Below are positions 11,182-13,501 of a stretch of DNA of 13,501 bases, in pieces (positions within the stretch are counted from its first letter, which is position 1; the number at the start of each line of letters is the position of its first letter). Location: the UHGV virus genome UHGV-1805255, one strand, 5' to 3'. Below the pieces are notes generated by a model, which saw only the letters and a list, made by a program, of their open reading frames with translations, searched no databases and was not told the origin of the DNA. Made by a program: the position numbers and the translations under genes. Source of the DNA: a virus.

Positions 11182-12042
11182 TTAGTTATGTAACTGCTTC
11201 CGGAATACAACAGCCGACGAGCTACAACGTAAAATTCGTTTGATTGTGGCAGTTGAGGAAACAGACTTGCATTTCTCAACATCATCAATAATGACCACAT
11301 CCGGTACAGGAATGACGCGGGTATGCAATGTTTTTGCACTAATAACATCACAGCCATTCAGTGGTCGAATATCTGCATCTTCAGGCACTACCAGAAGCAC
11401 ACGTTTTTCCGGTGCAGAAAAGCCAGCAGCAAGAGTGCGTGACAATAAAGTCATTCCGCTGCGTGGCTTCATACAAATTTCAGAAATATGATTCTTTTCG
11501 TCCAAATGATGCTGGACATCATTTTTATCATCACTCAACAACTCTGCTGTTAATACAATCCCTGCTGTCTCAGATTTCCAGGAAATGCTGATATCCTGAT
11601 CATCTGCATCAACATCATATTTCATCGAGTAAGGACTAAAGCTACGTCCAACGAACGCATCATTTACCAGTACACGCCCACCCTGTCTGACCTGAAAGTC
11701 AACGCGCCCGGAAAGCTGATTTGCTGTTACAAGCAATGCCTTTTTTCTTTTTGTTTTATTGCTCATTGCCACCAACTGTTCAGCCATCTCTCTTGTCACA
11801 CTACCAGAAACTCTTCCTTGCATTTTCACAGAAAATTTTCTGGATGTAGTAGCATCGACATTAAAAAATCTGGATGTAATCAGGCAGTTATTAACAATTG
11901 GCATCAGCTCACTTACGATTGTAAAAAATTCCCGGTAAAGCTCATTTTGCTTTTCAACACACAGCTTTCCACAATCGTCCAGCTTACGCTCAAGAGCACT
12001 TAACCTTTCCATTATTGAATTAATTTTTTGCAACTCTTTCAT
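11182..12042 (-). CDS. Cargo gene A: 286-aa protein of unknown function, predicted soluble, N-terminal coiled-coil-like segment
   Basis: ATG at 12042 preceded by AGGAGG at 5 nt (MKELQKINSIMERLSALERKLDD...). The track ORF extends to a TTG at 12303 through the GC-rich repeat, with an R/C/S/P-rich translation that I do not consider coding. About 38% GC in sampled stretches. TAA stop at 11182. Confidence 0.75.
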   Translation of the reverse strand: MKELQKINSIMERLSALERKLDDCGKLCVEKQNELYREFFTIVSELMPIVNNCLITSRFFNVDATTSRKFSVKMQGRVSGSVTREMAEQLVAMSNKTKRKKALLVTANQLSGRVDFQVRQGGRVLVNDAFVGRSFSPYSMKYDVDADDQDISISWKSETAGIVLTAELLSDDKNDVQHHLDEKNHISEICMKPRSGMTLLSRTLAAGFSAPEKRVLLVVPEDADIRPLNGCDVISAKTLHTRVIPVPDVVIIDDVEKCKSVSSTATIKRILRCSSSAVVFRKQLHN

Positions 12043-12065
12043 CAAAACCTCCTGACAAAGATACC

Positions 12066-12083
12066 GTGCGACCACGGTCGCAC
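12066..12083. promoter_or_regulatory. Palindrome gtgcgacc-ac-ggtcgcac (copy 1), candidate operator / protein-binding site upstream of cargo gene A
   Basis: Perfect 8-bp inverted arms around a 2-bp centre, 24-41 bp upstream of the gene A ATG and directly abutting repeat copy 2. Confidence 0.5.
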
Positions 12084-12085
12084 GC

Positions 12086-12285
12086 TCCTGAATACATGCC
12101 CTGTTTCTTCCACCCTCGCACAGGACTGGCGAGCATGAGGGACAAACCCGCGAATCATTAGTGCGGTAAAAACCCGGTGTGCATCGTTTTTGATTATTTC
12201 CGCACACTCGCGCAGAGGAGTTCCCCGTCGGGCTACGGTCATGGTTAATGCGGAAATACGGCGACGATGCAGCGCGGTATTTAAT
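12086..12285. repeat. Copy 2 of the ~190-bp imperfect direct repeat (upstream of the cargo cassette)
   Basis: Aligns with 10311-10498 (see copy 1). It is bracketed on both sides by the 16-18-bp palindrome. Confidence 0.8.
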
Positions 12286-12302
12286 GTGCGACCACGGTCG
12301 CA
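12286..12302. promoter_or_regulatory. Palindrome tgcgacc-ac-ggtcgca (copy 2)
   Basis: Same core as 12066-12083 with 7-bp perfect arms. Centre-to-centre spacing is 220 bp, about 21 helical turns. Confidence 0.5.
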
Positions 12303-12322
12303 AACGAGAAACAAAGAGATTT

Positions 12323-12634
12323 TTATGCTACAGAGGAACAAGCTGGCGGGTAATTCAGCGTAGTGAATACCGGCATCTCCATCTTGTATGCGTAATGATA
12401 CTCAGCAGTTGCTCCAGCAGACGCTTTCCAGCCAGGAAGCATCAAAATAGCATCAGCACAACGAAGCATTGCAAAGCAAATATCCATGTATTCACGTTGT
12501 GTCAAACCATTAGGCAAAGTGGCTGGATTCAAGACAGAGTGACCATGTCGTGACAAACGATCTGCCTCTTTATTAAAGGCGTCACGATTAAAGTTCTCAT
12601 ATCCCGTCATTGGCCCGGCAATATAAATTTTCAT
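12323..12634 (-). CDS. DUF4406 / nucleoside 2-deoxyribosyltransferase-like small protein
   Basis: 103-aa ORF with ATG at 12634 (MKIYIAGPMTGYENFNRDAF...LMLPGWKASAGATAEYHYAYKMEMPVF). The N-terminal IYIAGPxTG and the LPGW-x-S-x-GA-x-x-E motifs fit my recollection of the DUF4406 family. Family assignment is from memory. Confidence 0.6.
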   Translation of the reverse strand: MKIYIAGPMTGYENFNRDAFNKEADRLSRHGHSVLNPATLPNGLTQREYMDICFAMLRCADAILMLPGWKASAGATAEYHYAYKMEMPVFTTLNYPPACSSVA

Positions 12635-12675
12635 TCACTATCCAACAAATTGAGCTCGTTTTTGATACAGAGGGA

Positions 12676-13113
12676 TTAATTCAGGCATTGCGTCTTGATG
12701 TATTCCTGCAAGTAGTTAACCTGCGCAGTTATCCTGTCGATCCCACTTCGGAGACGGTAATAATTGAGTTCAGCATCTGCTGTAAGTCTTGGGCTTTCTC
12801 CATCGCCCATGCTGCTGGCTCCGGTCGTTGACTTTGCACAGGTGGCGGCGACTTGCAGGCGCTTACGCCCAGCAGAAACATCAGCACGGAGGCTTTCGAT
12901 AGTCGCGTTAGCATCAGCAAGCTCCTTTGTATATCTGGCATCGAGTTCTGCTACGTCACGTTGACGCTTCTGCATATCAGCGATTGTGGATGTGGCTTTA
13001 TCGCGCTGCTCTTTGTAGGAGATGGCGTTATCACGGTAATGATTAACCGCCCATGACAGGCAGACGATGATGCAGATAACCAGAGCGGAGATAATCGCGG
13101 TTAACCGACTCAT
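12676..13113 (-). CDS. Rz: i-spanin Rz (inner-membrane spanin subunit)
   Basis: ORF 12676..13149 matches lambda-type Rz from the ATG at 13113 ([34 protein letters not shown]...). N-terminal TM segment, coiled-coil-rich periplasmic part, and an embedded Rz1 frame. Confidence 0.9.
   Translation of the reverse strand: MSRLTAIISALVICIIVCLSWAVNHYRDNAISYKEQRDKATSTIADMQKRQRDVAELDARYTKELADANATIESLRADVSAGRKRLQVAATCAKSTTGASSMGDGESPRLTADAELNYYRLRSGIDRITAQVNYLQEYIKTQCLN
12729..12914 (-). CDS. Rz1: o-spanin Rz1 (outer-membrane lipoprotein, embedded in Rz in +1 frame)
   Basis: Embedded ORF with ATG at 12914: [36 protein letters not shown]... Signal peptide with lipobox-like VSAC followed by a Pro-rich segment, as in lambda Rz1. 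An alternative upstream ATG at 12941 is possible. Confidence 0.75.
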   Translation of the reverse strand: MLTRLSKASVLMFLLGVSACKSPPPVQSQRPEPAAWAMEKAQDLQQMLNSIITVSEVGSTG

Positions 13114-13205
13114 GACATCAACACCCCAACGGCCAGAAACCACGGCCACGCATCGTTGCCATTAAATGCGAGCAACGCTGCCATGAAAAAGAAAATCATG
13201 CTCAT
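13110..13205 (-). CDS. Putative 31-aa hydrophobic micro-protein between R and Rz
   Basis: Hand translation gives [31 protein letters not shown]. Its ATG overlaps the R stop (ATGA) and its TGA overlaps the Rz ATG (ATGA). No RBS is evident, and it is below the size cutoff of the ORF track. Confidence 0.35.
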   Translation of the reverse strand: MSMIFFFMAALLAFNGNDAWPWFLAVGVLMS

Positions 13206-13501
13206 TGCTGCCCCCACAAACAGACTTCACGCTCAATCTCACGACGAGTCATCAGGCCTTTCCATTGCTTACCGCCAGCAGATATCCAGCGACGTAGCTG
13301 ATCACATGCGCCTTTGATATCGCCCTGGTTTATTTTGCGAAGAAGCGTCGATGTTCTGAAATTACCAGCGCCCACGTTGTAAACGAACGAGTAAAGAGCG
13401 CCGCGCGTTGTTTCCGGGGCACTGTTGCAAAGTTAGCGATGAGGCAGCCTTTTGTCTTATTCAAAGGCCTTACATTTCAAAAACTCTGCTTACCAGGCGC
13501 A
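13202..13501 (-). CDS. R: Phage-21-type (T4-lysozyme-like, GH24) endolysin R, C-terminal 99 codons; 5' end lies beyond the window
   Basis: Hand translation of the minus strand gives ...[71 protein letters not shown], matching the C-terminus of the phage 21 R / RrrD-type lysozyme as I recall it. TGA stop at 13202-13204. Not in the ORF track because it has no start in the window. Confidence 0.85.

Noticed and set aside
12066-12302. Possibility of a CRISPR array or of a transposon with inverted-repeat ends
   Set aside because: There are only two copies of the palindrome, spaced 220 bp apart, with no regular repeat-spacer periodicity. No transposase or integrase ORF is present in the window, and no target-site-duplication pattern is evident.
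12043-12303. Upstream extension of the gene A reading frame to a TTG at 12303
   Set aside because: The extension runs through the GC-rich repeat and the palindrome, translates to R/C/S/P-rich low-complexity sequence, and has no RBS. The ATG at 12042 has a near-consensus AGGAGG RBS and starts a compositionally uniform AT-rich gene.
12042-12553. ORFs 12042-12341 (minus) and 12248-12553 (plus) inside repeat copy 2
   Set aside because: No equivalent ORFs exist in repeat copy 1, so the repeat is not under coding constraint. They overlap the DUF4406 gene and the palindromes and lack RBSs.
13113-13149. Alternative GTG start for Rz at 13149 (the track ORF start)
   Set aside because: The ATG at 13113 gives the expected short basic N-terminus followed by the TM segment (MSRLTAII...) and forms the ATGA overlap with the upstream micro-ORF. 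The 12-codon extension has no RBS.

Overview
This window is the late (lysis / packaging / head / tail) region of a lambda-like prophage, shown in reverse orientation so that every credible gene is on the minus strand. In transcription order (high to low coordinates) it holds: a partial phage-21-type lysozyme R, a 31-codon hydrophobic micro-ORF, spanins Rz/Rz1, a DUF4406-like gene, an AT-rich two-gene cargo cassette of unknown function, the cos site (cosN plus cosB R-elements), terminase Nu1/A, portal B, W, C/Nu3, D, major capsid E, FI, FII, Z, U, major tail V and the G/GT frameshift pair (T cut by the window edge). Nu1 through G/T were called from near-identity to the lambda proteins as I remember them, in canonical order; no database search was run. 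The most interesting part is the cargo cassette at 10608-12042: about 38% GC against about 55% for the phage genes, preceded by a strong RBS, flanked by two diverged copies of a ~190-bp repeat, and with two copies of a 16-18-bp palindrome bracketing the upstream repeat copy. I do not recognise either cassette protein; I propose it as a candidate uncharacterised accessory module, possibly defence or superinfection exclusion, which is inference only.
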